From: an uncultured Gemmatimonadales bacterium
GTDB lineage: Bacteria > Gemmatimonadota > Gemmatimonadetes > Longimicrobiales > RSA9
DNA length: 64,000 nt
NCBI GenBank assembly: GCA_963708135.1
Contig: OY970192.1
Span: 1,920,001-1,984,000, forward strand
Reading direction: 5' to 3'
The notes beneath the pieces are model-generated. The model did no database searches and was not told the DNA's origin. It saw only the letters and a program-made list of their open reading frames with translations. Both the position numbers and the translations under genes were made by a program. Numbering within the stretch: position 1 is the first letter of the stretch; each line of letters begins with the position of its first letter. Shown here piece after piece: positions 32,153 to 43,810 of this stretch.

Positions 32153-32937
32153 GCGGCATGGCGTACGACACCGTGCGGGTGGAGGGGCGAGAGGGGGTGG
32201 CGGTCGTCACGATCGACCGCCGCGAGAAGCGCAACGCGCTGAACGCCAAGGTGCGCTCGGAGCTGGTTGCGGCGCTGGATGCGCTGAGGGAGGATGACGG
32301 CGCGCGGGTGGTGGTGATCACGGGCGCCGGGGAGAAGGCGTTCATTGCGGGGGCGGACGTGGCCGAGTTCGCCGAGCGCGGCCCGATCGAGCAGCGCGCC
32401 GCCATGCAGGGGCGCCGGGTGTTCGACGAGGTGGCGGCGTACCCGAAGCCGATCATCGCGATGATCAACGGCTACTGCCTCGGGGGCGGCTGCGAGCTGG
32501 CCCTGGCATGCGACGTCCGGGTGGCGGCGCGGTCGGCGCGGCTCGGGCAGCCGGAGATCCGGCTGGGGCTGATTCCGGGCGGCGGCGGGACGCAGCGGCT
32601 GCCGCGGCTGGTGGGTTACGGGCAGGCGCTGCGGCTGATCCTGACCGGGGAGATGATCGGGGCGGAGGAGGCGGAGCGGATCGGGCTCGTGGACCTGGTG
32701 GTGGACGACGAGACCCTCGCCGAGCGGACGCTCGCCCTCGCCGCCTCGATGGCCGCCCACTCGCCGCTCACCCTTCGGCTCGCCAAGGAGGCGGTGCGCG
32801 CGGCGCTGGAGACCCCGCTCGCGGCGGGGCTCGCCCAGGAGCGCGAGCTGTTCGTGACCGCCTTCGCGAGCGAGGACAAGCAGGAGGGCGTGCGCGCGTT
32901 CCTCGAGAAGCGCCCGCCCGAGTTCCGGGGCCGCTGA
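32149..32937 (+). CDS. Enoyl-CoA hydratase (PaaF/Crt-like)
   Basis: GGGCELA, GQPEIRLGLIPGGGG; alternative start 32158. Confidence 0.92.
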   Translation: MSGMAYDTVRVEGREGVAVVTIDRREKRNALNAKVRSELVAALDALREDDGARVVVITGAGEKAFIAGADVAEFAERGPIEQRAAMQGRRVFDEVAAYPKPIIAMINGYCLGGGCELALACDVRVAARSARLGQPEIRLGLIPGGGGTQRLPRLVGYGQALRLILTGEMIGAEEAERIGLVDLVVDDETLAERTLALAASMAAHSPLTLRLAKEAVRAALETPLAAGLAQERELFVTAFASEDKQEGVRAFLEKRPPEFRGR

Positions 32938-32995
32938 CGGCCGCGGCGCGGCTTCGTCCGCCGCGCCGGACGATCCACAGCCGAGCGAGGTGACC

Positions 32996-33253
32996 ATGGC
33001 GCAGAATCCTTTCGGCGACGATCTCCCCACACCTTCGCGGCGAGCGAACCCGTTCGGCGGGGACGCCGGGCGCCAGTCGGTGGAGGAGGCGACGGGGCGG
33101 ATGGAGCACGCGGCGCGGAAGATACGGGCTCTGCGGGTCCAGATCGGAGCGGAGGGGCTGACGCTGCCGGCCACGCGCGAGCTGATCGACGAGGTGGCCT
33201 CGGCGATCGAGGCCGCGGCAAGGGCCCTCAGGGGCCTGGAGGAGGGGACGTGA
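32996..33253 (+). CDS. Small hypothetical protein
   Basis: RBS GAGGTG, coding-like codon use, stop overlaps next start. Confidence 0.65.
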   Translation: MAQNPFGDDLPTPSRRANPFGGDAGRQSVEEATGRMEHAARKIRALRVQIGAEGLTLPATRELIDEVASAIEAAARALRGLEEGT

Positions 33254-33468
33254 GCCGGCGCGCCGCGCGCACCCTGGCGCTCATCTTCTTCGCCGCGTAC
33301 ACGCTCGCGCTCACCTACCCCGGCTTCGTGCCGTTCAACCGGATCCGCCCGTTCGTCCTGGGACTCCCCTTCTCGTTCTTCTGGGTCGTGCTCTGGGTGG
33401 CCGCCAGCCTGCTGGTGCTCTGGATACTGCACCACGCGGAAACGACGTCCGGCGACGGGGAGGGGTGA
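33250..33468 (+). CDS. Two-TM small partner of solute symporter (DUF3311-like)
   Basis: FNRIRPFVLGLPFSFFW; directly before the SSS gene. Confidence 0.8.
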   Translation: MSRRAARTLALIFFAAYTLALTYPGFVPFNRIRPFVLGLPFSFFWVVLWVAASLLVLWILHHAETTSGDGEG

Positions 33469-34977
33469 GCATGGAACGCTGGGTCGTGGTGACCGCCGTC
33501 GTCTTCGGCTACCTGGGCGCGACGCTCCTCATCGGGCTGCTCGCCGGGCGGCGCACCAGCAAGAGCGTGACCGGCTACGTGGCCGCCGACCGCCAGTTCG
33601 GGCTGCTCGCGATGTACTTCATCGTGGGCGGGACGGTGTTCAGCGCGTTCGCCTTCCTGGGCGGCCCGGGCTGGGCCTACTCCCGCGGCGTGGCCGTGCT
33701 CTACATCCTCACGTACGGCGTGCTCGGGATCGCGCCGTGGTACTTCACGGGGCCGAAGGCCAGCCGCCTCGGCCGCAACCATGGCTTCGTCACGCAGGCC
33801 CAGCTGGTGACGGGCCGCTTTCCCAGCCGCACGCTCTCGCTGCTCTTCGCCCTCATCTCGGTCGCGGCGTTCGTCCCCTACATCATGCTCCAGATGAGCG
33901 GCGCCGGCATCGTGTTCAGCGCCGTCACGGAGGGACACGTCCCGTTCTGGCTCGGCGCGCTGCTGGCCTACGGCGTGGTGGTGCTCTACGTCCTGGTGGG
34001 CGGCGTCTCCGCCGTCGGCTGGACCAACATCTTCGAGGGCATCATCATCGATGACGGTGGCCTGGGCGCTCGGGCTCTACCTGCCCGCCCGCCTGTACGG
34101 CGGCATCGGGCCGATGTTCGAGCGGATCGCCGCCGTGAAGCCACAGATGCTGACCATGCCGGGGCTCGACGCGAGCGGCGCGCCCTGGAGCTGGGGCGCC
34201 TACAGCTCCACCATGCTCTCGTCCGCGATCGGCTTCGTCGTGTGGCCGCACATCTTCATGAAGGCGTTCGCCTCGCGCGACGACCGCACGCTCCGTCGCA
34301 CCGTCGTGCTCTACCCGACCTTCCAGCTCTTCCTCGTGCCGCTCGTGCTCGTCGGCTTCGCCGGCATCCTCTACGGCTCCGCGCCCGACAAGCCGGACTC
34401 GATCATGCCGCACATGGTGCTCACGAGCGGACTCCCGGCCGTGCTGGTAGGCCTCTTCTGCGCGGGCGCGCTGGCCGCGTCGATGTCCACCGGCGACGCG
34501 CTGCTGCACGGCGCCGCGTCGATCGCGGTGGAGGACGGGCTGCGCCCCTTCGTGCACTTCTCCGACCGCCTCCAGACCACGCTCATGCGGGTCCTGGTGC
34601 TCGCCGTCGGCGCGCTCGCCTTCTACCTGGCCATCGTGCAGAAGCGGACGCTCGTCTGGCTGCTCATCACCGCCTACGGACTCATCGACCAGCTCGCGCC
34701 CGCCGTCTACGCCGCCCTCTACTGGCGCCGGGCGACCACGCCAGGCGTGCTGGCAGGGCTCGTGGCCGGCGCCGCCACGAACATCTTCTTCCTGCTCAGG
34801 CCCGAGCTGCGCCCGTTCCAGATCCACGAGGGGATCCTCGGCCTCATGGTCAATGTCGCGCTGCTGGTGGTGGTGAGCCGCGCGACGGCGCCGCAGGAGG
34901 AAGGGCACGTGCGGGAGTTCGTCGAGCCGGTGGAGACGCGGGCGGGGACCGCCGCGCCCGCTCCGGCGGGGCGGTAG
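33465..34977 (+). pseudogene. Sodium:solute symporter split by a +1 frameshift near 34049 (real or sequencing error)
   Basis: N-half (FSAFAFLGGPGWAY..WTNIFEG) continues in another frame as MTVAWALG..ALAASMST. Confidence 0.85.
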
Positions 34978-35002
34978 CGGACCGCCGGTCGCCGGGCGGC
35001 GC

Positions 35003-35473
35003 TCAGTCGGCGGCGTCCGCCGTGTGGGACCCGGAGGCGTCGGCTCGCTCGCGGTCGAACTCGTCCTCGGCCTGCGCCGTGGCGACGAGCTCCGCGGCCT
35101 GCTCCCCCTCCACCCGCCGCTCGACGGGCCGGTCGGGCTCCGTCGGCGGGACGCGATGCACCAGGCGCGCGAGCAGGATCCGCTCGGCCCGGATGTCGTG
35201 GCCCAGGTGCACCAGCAGCCGCACCAGGTCGCCGCCACCCCACAACACCACGGCGAAGACAAACGTGCGCGCCGTCTCGCCCAGCAGCACCGGCAACGTG
35301 CCGATGCCCTGGTAGCGGAGCCCCGCCACGAATTCCCCAACCAGCGCAATCGCCAGGAAGATCGCGGCGGCCTTGAACAGCCGCGATACCCACTGCAGCG
35401 CCGTGTAGGGCTCGATATCGGTTTCGCGGACGGCGGCGGCCGCCCGGCGCAGCCTCTGGTCGTCGGTCATCAC
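35003..35473 (-). CDS. Hypothetical two-TM membrane protein
   Basis: [14 protein letters not shown], two hydrophobic helices, [11 protein letters not shown]. Confidence 0.7.
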   Translation of the reverse strand: MMTDDQRLRRAAAAVRETDIEPYTALQWVSRLFKAAAIFLAIALVGEFVAGLRYQGIGTLPVLLGETARTFVFAVVLWGGGDLVRLLVHLGHDIRAERILLARLVHRVPPTEPDRPVERRVEGEQAAELVATAQAEDEFDRERADASGSHTADAAD

Positions 35474-35649
35474 CTTGCCTCTCGCGGGTCTACGCGCACG
35501 AGTTGCAGGAAAGAGGCCAACCGCGCCGCGCGCCCGCGCGCCCGCGCCCGCCCCGGTGCCGCCGCGAATCGATCTGCCGCAACGGAGGAAGCCCGGTCCA
35601 CGGCGTGGACCGGGCCTCCAGAATTCTGGTCGGGACGCCGGGTGCCGCC

Positions 35650-35907
35650 TCAGGCCTCCGGGTACACCGAGATCTGCTGCCGGTCGCGCCCCTTGCGCTC
35701 GAACCTGACCACGCCGTCGATCAGCGCGAAAAGTGTGTCATCGCTGCCCCTGCCGACGTTGCGGCCCGGGTGGAACCTGGTGCCGCGCTGCCGCACGAGG
35801 ATGTTGCCGGCGAGCACGGCCTGCCCGCCGAAGCGCTTCACACCGAGGCGCTGCGCGTTGGAATCGCGGCCGTTCCGGCTGGAGCCGACCCCCTTCTTGT
35901 GTGCCAT
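35650..35907 (-). CDS. rpmA: 50S ribosomal protein L27
   Basis: [16 protein letters not shown]. Confidence 0.98.
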   Translation of the reverse strand: MAHKKGVGSSRNGRDSNAQRLGVKRFGGQAVLAGNILVRQRGTRFHPGRNVGRGSDDTLFALIDGVVRFERKGRDRQQISVYPEA

Positions 35908-35915
35908 TCTCCTCC

Positions 35916-36230
35916 TCAGCCGAGACGGATCTCGTCGATCCGGACTTCCGTGTACTTCTGGCGGTGTCCCGTCTTGCGACGGTAGTTCTTGCGTCGCTTC
36001 CACTTGAACACGATCAGCTTCTCGCCCTTCACGTGCGCGACGACCTCGCCCGCGACGACAGCGCCTGCGACGGTCGGCGAGCCGACCTGCACGCCATCGT
36101 CGGTCGCGGCGACGAGGACCTCCTCGAAGGTGACGGCGTCGCCGACCTCGGCCTGCAGGGTGGGCACGCGGATGGTGCGTCCGGGCTCGGCGCGGAACTG
36201 CTTGTCGCCGCTGCGAATGATGGCGTACAT
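35916..36230 (-). CDS. rplU: 50S ribosomal protein L21
   Basis: [19 protein letters not shown]. Confidence 0.98.
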   Translation of the reverse strand: MYAIIRSGDKQFRAEPGRTIRVPTLQAEVGDAVTFEEVLVAATDDGVQVGSPTVAGAVVAGEVVAHVKGEKLIVFKWKRRKNYRRKTGHRQKYTEVRIDEIRLG

Positions 36231-36252
36231 GGGCCCCTGAGTTCGGTTGCGG

Positions 36253-36292
36253 TACAGATCTGTAATTTGTTCTCGGCCGCTGGTAGTGTCAA
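36253..36292 (-). promoter_or_regulatory. rplU promoter TTGACA-17-CAAATT with palindrome TACAGATCTGTA at the start site
   Basis: Read directly. Confidence 0.55.
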
Positions 36293-36341
36293 GGTCCCGG
36301 GACGCGCGGCGCGAGGCGGCTTCCGGGCCTTGGCGTTCCGG

Positions 36342-37871
36342 TCAGCCCAGAGCGTACCTGGATGTCACATCGGTGTCGGCGGGGCCCTGGAGCAGGCGGT
36401 ACTCGTCCTGGCGCATGAGGGGGTCGTCGCGGACGTCCACGTCGAGCTTGTGCTGGCGCTGGAGGCGGCGCATGAATTCGGGTTCCTCCTCGAGGATGTG
36501 GAGGGCGACCTGGGGGTGGACGCGGATGGTGAGGCGCTTCTCCGCGCCATCGGCGCCGGCGCGGCGAACGGCGCGCTCGATGCGACGGATGACGGTCTCG
36601 GGGGTGAAGACGCGGCCGGTGCCGCCGCAGTGGGCACAGGGCTCGGTGAGGCTGTAGAAGAGGGAAGGCCGGACGCGCTGGCGGGTCATCTCGACGAGGC
36701 CGAGCTCGGAGACCTGGAAGGCGCGGGTGCGGGCGCGGTCGCGGCTGAGGTGTTGGCGGAGCTCCTGGAGGACGCGATCCTGGTTGGCGCGCGTCTCCAT
36801 GTCGATGAAGTCGCAGACGATGATGCCACCGATGTCGCGGAGCCGGAGCTGACGGGCGATCTCGCGGGCGGCGTCGACGTTGGTCTTGAGGATGGTCTTC
36901 TCGGGGTCCTTCTTGCCGGTGTAGCGGCCGGTGTTGACATCAATGGAGACGAGGGCCTCGGTCGGCTCGATGATGATGTAGCCGCCGGAGGGCAGCTCGA
37001 CGCGGCGCTGGAATGCCTCACGGATGGCGTCCTCGACGCCGTACCTGTCGAAGAGCGGCTGGGACTCGTCGTAGAGGTGGACGCGGTCGAGCAGGTCGGG
37101 ATCCACGCCCTGGAGGTACTGCTTGACCTCGCCGAAGACCTCCCTGCTGTCGATGGTGAGGCGATCGACCTTCTCGGTGAAGACGTCGCGGATGATGCCG
37201 CTGGTGAGCTTGGCCTCGCGGTGGATGAGCGCGGGCGGGCGAGCCCCCTTGGCGCGGCGCTGGATCTTCTTCCAGGTGCCGACGAGGGTAGAGAACTCGC
37301 GCTCGAAGATGTCGCGGGTGAGCTCCTCCCCCACGGTGCGGATGATGACGCCGCCGCTGCCGTCCGGCACGACCTCGCGGGCGAGGGCGCGGAGGCGGGC
37401 GCGCTCCTCGCGGTCGCCGATCTTGCGGCTGACGCCGATGTGGTGGGAGCCGGGCATGTAGACGAGGAAGCGGCCGGGCAGCGAGATGTGGCTGGTGACG
37501 CGGGGGCCCTTGGTGCTGATGGGCTCCTTGGTGACCTGGACGATGAGGCGCTCGCCCTTCTGGATCAGGTCCTGGATGGGGGGGTAGCCGCGGGCGCTGT
37601 CGTCGCGGTCGTCGTCCTCGTCGTCATCCTCCTCCTCGTCCTCCCTGGCGACGTCGGAGACGTGCAGGAAGGCCGCCTTCTCGGTGCCGATCTCCACGAA
37701 GGCGGCCTGGATGCCGGGAAGGACGGCCTGAACCTGGCCGAGGTAAATGTCACCGACCAGACGCTCGGCGTCGGGCCGATCGACCATGACCTCGACGAGG
37801 CTGTCGTCCTCCAGGATGGCCACGCGCGTCTCCTGCGCCGCGGCCGAAATCAGAATCTCTCTTTTCATCAC
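36342..37871 (-). CDS. rng: Ribonuclease E/G family (RNase G length)
   Basis: S1 domain, KEPISTKGPR, IDVNTG, GGIIVCDFIDM, CAHCGG. Confidence 0.93.
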   Translation of the reverse strand: MMKREILISAAAQETRVAILEDDSLVEVMVDRPDAERLVGDIYLGQVQAVLPGIQAAFVEIGTEKAAFLHVSDVAREDEEEDDDEDDDRDDSARGYPPIQDLIQKGERLIVQVTKEPISTKGPRVTSHISLPGRFLVYMPGSHHIGVSRKIGDREERARLRALAREVVPDGSGGVIIRTVGEELTRDIFEREFSTLVGTWKKIQRRAKGARPPALIHREAKLTSGIIRDVFTEKVDRLTIDSREVFGEVKQYLQGVDPDLLDRVHLYDESQPLFDRYGVEDAIREAFQRRVELPSGGYIIIEPTEALVSIDVNTGRYTGKKDPEKTILKTNVDAAREIARQLRLRDIGGIIVCDFIDMETRANQDRVLQELRQHLSRDRARTRAFQVSELGLVEMTRQRVRPSLFYSLTEPCAHCGGTGRVFTPETVIRRIERAVRRAGADGAEKRLTIRVHPQVALHILEEEPEFMRRLQRQHKLDVDVRDDPLMRQDEYRLLQGPADTDVTSRYALG

Positions 37872-37898
37872 CCGTCCGAACGGACCCGGCGCGGAGCT

Positions 37899-39122
37899 TC
37901 ACACGGCGTCGCCGCCGAGATCGCGGAAGAGGTGGCGGGCGATGACGAGCTTCTGGATCTCGCTGGTGCCCTCACCGATCTCGCAGATCTTGGCGTCGCG
38001 CATCATGCGCTCGACCGGGTATTCCGTGGTATAGCCGTCGGCGCCCAGGAGCTGCACGGCGCGCGTCGTCGTTCGCATGGCCACCTCACTGGCGTAGAGC
38101 TTGGCCATGGACGCCTCCGGCCCGTAGGGCAGGTCCCTGCCCTTGAGCCAGGCGGCGTGATAGACGAGGTGCCGCGCCGCAGCCACCTCCGTGGCGATCT
38201 CGGCAAGGCTGAACTGGACTGCTTCCCGATCCATCATTGGACGACCGGCGCGAGCATGGGTGCCCGCGTAACGCACGGCCGTCTCGAAAGCTCCCTGCGC
38301 GAGGCCGAGGGCGAGGGCTCCCACGCCGATCCGTCCCGCGTCCAGCGTCTTCATGAAGTTGACGAAGCCGCGCCCTTCCTCTCCGAGCCGGTTCTCCACC
38401 GGCACCACCGCGTCATCGAGCAGCAGCTCGCGGGTGTCGGAGGCGCGCCACCCCATCTTGTCTTCCTTCTTCCCCGCGCGGACGCCGGGCGTGAAGGGCT
38501 CGAGCTCCGCCGCGTGGCCGACGCCGACGCGGTCCGCGGCGGCGCGGTCCACGTTCTCCTTGGTGACGATGAAGCTCGTGATGCCACGGGCTCCCGCCTT
38601 CCGGTCGGTCACCGCGGTAACCACGAAGATCTCGCCCACGCCGGCGTGCGTGATGAAGATCTTGCTGCCGGTGATGCGGTAGCTCCCGTTAGAGCGGACC
38701 GCCGTAGTGCGCGTGCCCGCGGAGTCGGAGCCCGCCCCGGGCTCCGTCAGCCCGAAGCCGCCCAGCACCGCGCCGCGGGCGAGCAGCGGCACGAAGCGCT
38801 CCTTCTGTGCGGCCGTGCCGAAGTTCACGATGGGCGACATGGCGAGGGTGGAATGCGCACTCACGGTGATCGCGTGACTGGCATCCACCCGGGCCAGCTC
38901 CTCGACGGCGAGGATGTAGCTCAGGTAATCGAGGCCGAGGCCGCCGAGCTCGCGTGGGACATTGACACCGAAGAGGCCCATGTCGGCCATCTTGCGGACG
39001 TTCTCCCAGGGGAAGCGGCTGTCCTCGTCCAGCTCGCGGGCGACGGGGGCGATCTCCGCCTCCGCGAAGGCGCGGATCCGCTCCCTGAGCTCCCGGTGCT
39101 GCTCGGTCAGATATGGATCCAT
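37899..39122 (-). CDS. Acyl-CoA dehydrogenase (short/branched chain)
   Basis: LTEPGAGSD, GSKIFIT, EIGEGTSEIQ. Confidence 0.93.
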   Translation of the reverse strand: MDPYLTEQHRELRERIRAFAEAEIAPVARELDEDSRFPWENVRKMADMGLFGVNVPRELGGLGLDYLSYILAVEELARVDASHAITVSAHSTLAMSPIVNFGTAAQKERFVPLLARGAVLGGFGLTEPGAGSDSAGTRTTAVRSNGSYRITGSKIFITHAGVGEIFVVTAVTDRKAGARGITSFIVTKENVDRAAADRVGVGHAAELEPFTPGVRAGKKEDKMGWRASDTRELLLDDAVVPVENRLGEEGRGFVNFMKTLDAGRIGVGALALGLAQGAFETAVRYAGTHARAGRPMMDREAVQFSLAEIATEVAAARHLVYHAAWLKGRDLPYGPEASMAKLYASEVAMRTTTRAVQLLGADGYTTEYPVERMMRDAKICEIGEGTSEIQKLVIARHLFRDLGGDAV

Positions 39123-39337
39123 TTGAGGCTCCCGGGTCCAGCGCTACGAAACTGGGTAATTTATTGAGATTGCCCCATCTCCGAAAGGGGCCGGATGCCA
39201 CTGCGGGGCGCGGAATCGAGCCGGTTTCGCACTCGGTGGACCGGCTGGGCGCGGCCGGTTTGAGGCGGAATTGACGCTCCGGCCCGGGGAGCCGCTGCGG
39301 CAACCGGGGGCGTCGGGATGGCGGCGGTTCGCGCCGT

Positions 39338-41191
<1,854 letters not shown>

Positions 41192-41427
41192 GGATCCACG
41201 GTGCGTCGCGGGCCGGGGCGTCGCCATGGCGGGATGGGCCGATGCGGCCGCCGCCGCTGGCCCCATGCGCCGCCGGCGATGCCGCTGGATTCATCGCGCG
41301 AATCATCTCTCGCAGAGGCGCAGCGGAGCGCGGAGACGCGGAAATCCCGAGAGAGGGGGCGAGAATTGACGCACGCCGGCGGCATCGGCGCGCGACGTCG
41401 CCCTGTGGGGGAGCAAGCGCGCCGGCC

Positions 41428-43599
41428 TCAGTGGCGGGGGTGCGTGCGGAAGTGCTCGGCGACGATCGACGGCTGCTCGACCACGCGCTTCTCGCCCGCA
41501 TCGACGACGAGGCGCACGAACTGGCCCATGCTCCAGACGAGCGGCGTGGCGCTCCCGGTGCCCTCGCCGAAGATGAAGCCGATGCGTGTGGGATTCGCGC
41601 GGTCCCACACCTGCTCGGGGATCATGCCGCCGTCGTTGGCGAAGCCGAACATCGCGTTCAGGTAGGGGGCGGGATCCCCGCCCGCGGCGATCTCGTACTC
41701 GCCCCGCTCACCGGCGAAGATCGGCCACAGCCGGCCCACGCCCGCGCCCTGCCAGGGGCCGCCGTAGAACGTCTCGCCGTAGCCGTCGTGGTCGTAGCGG
41801 TAGAAGTCGGGGCCGCTGGGCGTTTCGACCCGGATGGTGGTGTCGATGACGCGGAGCGAGCGCATGATGGTGGAGTCGAGCGCCGGCCTGATCCCGAGAC
41901 GGACGAGCTCGATGAACCCCTGGTCCACGATATCGCGCTCGTCCCAGGTGCCGCCGCCGTTGTGCACGTCGAGTCGGTAGCCGTCGTTGGGGTCGGTGTC
42001 GTCGTCGATGCGCATGTAGTAGCCGCGCGAGGCGAGCGGCCCGCCCAGGTGCCCGGTCGTCGTGACCATCCAGCTCTCCAGGTGGGCCGCCCAGTCGTCG
42101 GCGGCCCGGAGGTAGCGGCGCGCATCCGCTGGCACGCCGTTCTGGCGGGCGACGGCCGCGGCGCAGACGAGCCCGGCGATCTCGGCGGCGATGGTCGAGG
42201 GCGAGTAGCCGGGCACCTCCTCCCAGCGCTCCTGCTGGGTGGCGGGCCCGTGGGCGAGCACGTACTCGGCCGCGGGCCGGAGGTGCTTCTCCCAGGTGGC
42301 GCGGTCGGTGACGCCGAGCTGCCAGGCCAGGACGATCGGATATGCCTGCTCGTCCATCTGGATGGACGGCCAGTAGGGGCGGCCATCGAGCCAGCTGTTC
42401 TGCGGGAACGTGCCATCCGCGCGCTGCTGGACATCGAACAGGTACCTGAGCGCGCGGCGGGGCGTGGCGCTGTCGCCGGCCACCATGAGGGAGGTGGCGG
42501 CTTCGTAGAGGTCGCGCGCCCAGACGAGGTGGTAGCCACCCACGTTGGGGGTGTCCGCCGGCACGGCGTAGCCCCAGGGCACGCTCATGGACGCGATGAT
42601 GGCGCCGGGATAGGTCTTGTCCTCGTGGGCGCGGACGACCATCGCGGCGAGGGCGAACTCGTGCTCGTAGCGGGGGTCCACGTGGCGGAGTCCCGACAGG
42701 TAGCGGCCCCAGCCGGCTGCGTATGCGGCACGGGCGGCCTCGAAGCCGCCGCGGAGGCTGGCGCGAGCGGCCGCAATGGCGGCGGCGGGTGCGTCGCCGA
42801 AGGCGAGGGCGAGGGTGAAGTGCTGGGGATGGGCGATCCGCGCCACCTGCACGACGTTCCCGCTCGCGGCCGTCGCGTAGCGCCACGTCAGCCGGTGGTG
42901 GAGGAGGAGGTCGGTGTAGCCGTCGTTCACGCCGGCGTAGCCGTTGGAGGTCTCGGCGAACCCGTCGCTCGAGAGAAGGGCCGAGGCGACGTCGCCCTTC
43001 CGCGCCACCAGCGCGCCGTCCTCGATCGTGCCCGTGTTGCCGTACCCGGCGTTGGCGAGCGCGGGGTGATAGAGCACGTACAGCGAGGCGCCGGGCGGTC
43101 CGGAGAATGTCACGTCGAGGAGGAGAGTGCTCCGGGCGGGATCGGTCACGTAGGTCTTCGTGATCGTGAAGCGGCCGGCCGAATCGGTGCTGGTCTGGCG
43201 GAAGATCAGCGCGTGCTCGTCAACCTGCCGGATCTCGTGGCGCATGTCGCTCGACTCGATCCAGACCCGCCCCGCCTCGCCGACGGCGAGCTCCAGCCCG
43301 TGGACGTTCGCCACATCGACGCGCGGGTAGTAGACCTCGGTAAGCACGCCGCCCTGGAGGGTGAACCAGACCTTCGAGCTCGTGCTCAGGGACGTGCCGA
43401 TGCCGTCCTTGCTGGCCGGCGTCCAGGCGGGCAGCTCGCCCGGACCGCCCGGCGCCACCTGCGCACCAAGGGCGGCAGGTCCGGCGAGAAGGAGGGCGAG
43501 CGCGAGAGAAGGCATCCCGGCACGCCGCGCCCCCGTGAAGCGGACCGCGCCCGCGAGAACGGCCCACCGCCATTGCCGCAGCACGTCGATCATGGGCAC
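41428..43599 (-). CDS. Secreted GH15 glucoamylase/glucodextranase
   Basis: KVWFT..LTEVYYP N-domain, GGYHLVWARD, QERWEE, SATPLVWS; start uncertain. Confidence 0.9.
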   Translation of the reverse strand: MPMIDVLRQWRWAVLAGAVRFTGARRAGMPSLALALLLAGPAALGAQVAPGGPGELPAWTPASKDGIGTSLSTSSKVWFTLQGGVLTEVYYPRVDVANVHGLELAVGEAGRVWIESSDMRHEIRQVDEHALIFRQTSTDSAGRFTITKTYVTDPARSTLLLDVTFSGPPGASLYVLYHPALANAGYGNTGTIEDGALVARKGDVASALLSSDGFAETSNGYAGVNDGYTDLLLHHRLTWRYATAASGNVVQVARIAHPQHFTLALAFGDAPAAAIAAARASLRGGFEAARAAYAAGWGRYLSGLRHVDPRYEHEFALAAMVVRAHEDKTYPGAIIASMSVPWGYAVPADTPNVGGYHLVWARDLYEAATSLMVAGDSATPRRALRYLFDVQQRADGTFPQNSWLDGRPYWPSIQMDEQAYPIVLAWQLGVTDRATWEKHLRPAAEYVLAHGPATQQERWEEVPGYSPSTIAAEIAGLVCAAAVARQNGVPADARRYLRAADDWAAHLESWMVTTTGHLGGPLASRGYYMRIDDDTDPNDGYRLDVHNGGGTWDERDIVDQGFIELVRLGIRPALDSTIMRSLRVIDTTIRVETPSGPDFYRYDHDGYGETFYGGPWQGAGVGRLWPIFAGERGEYEIAAGGDPAPYLNAMFGFANDGGMIPEQVWDRANPTRIGFIFGEGTGSATPLVWSMGQFVRLVVDAGEKRVVEQPSIVAEHFRTHPRH

Positions 43600-43615
43600 A
43601 ACCCTTTTCGGTCGG

Positions 43616-43810
43616 TCAGGAGCGTCGCGAACTCACGACGCGGAGCACGAGCCCGAGGGCGAGCACGACGATGGCGGCGAGCACGGCCGCATCGCGCCCG
43701 GTGAAGATGCCGAACAACGCGACGGCCCCGCCGACGGTGAAGAGCGCGACTTTCCAAAGCAAGTACGGATCGGGCCCGCGCTGCTCGCGCGACGGGCGGA
43801 ACAGGCCCAT
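43616..43810 (-). CDS. Small two-TM protein
   Basis: TGATG-coupled to the upstream hydratase; hydrophobic. Confidence 0.65.
   Translation of the reverse strand: MGLFRPSREQRGPDPYLLWKVALFTVGGAVALFGIFTGRDAAVLAAIVVLALGLVLRVVSSRRS

Noticed and set aside
34051..35315. C-terminal half of the 616-aa ORF 33465-35315 as real protein
   Set aside because: Out-of-frame read-through after the frameshift; the symporter continues in 34051-34977
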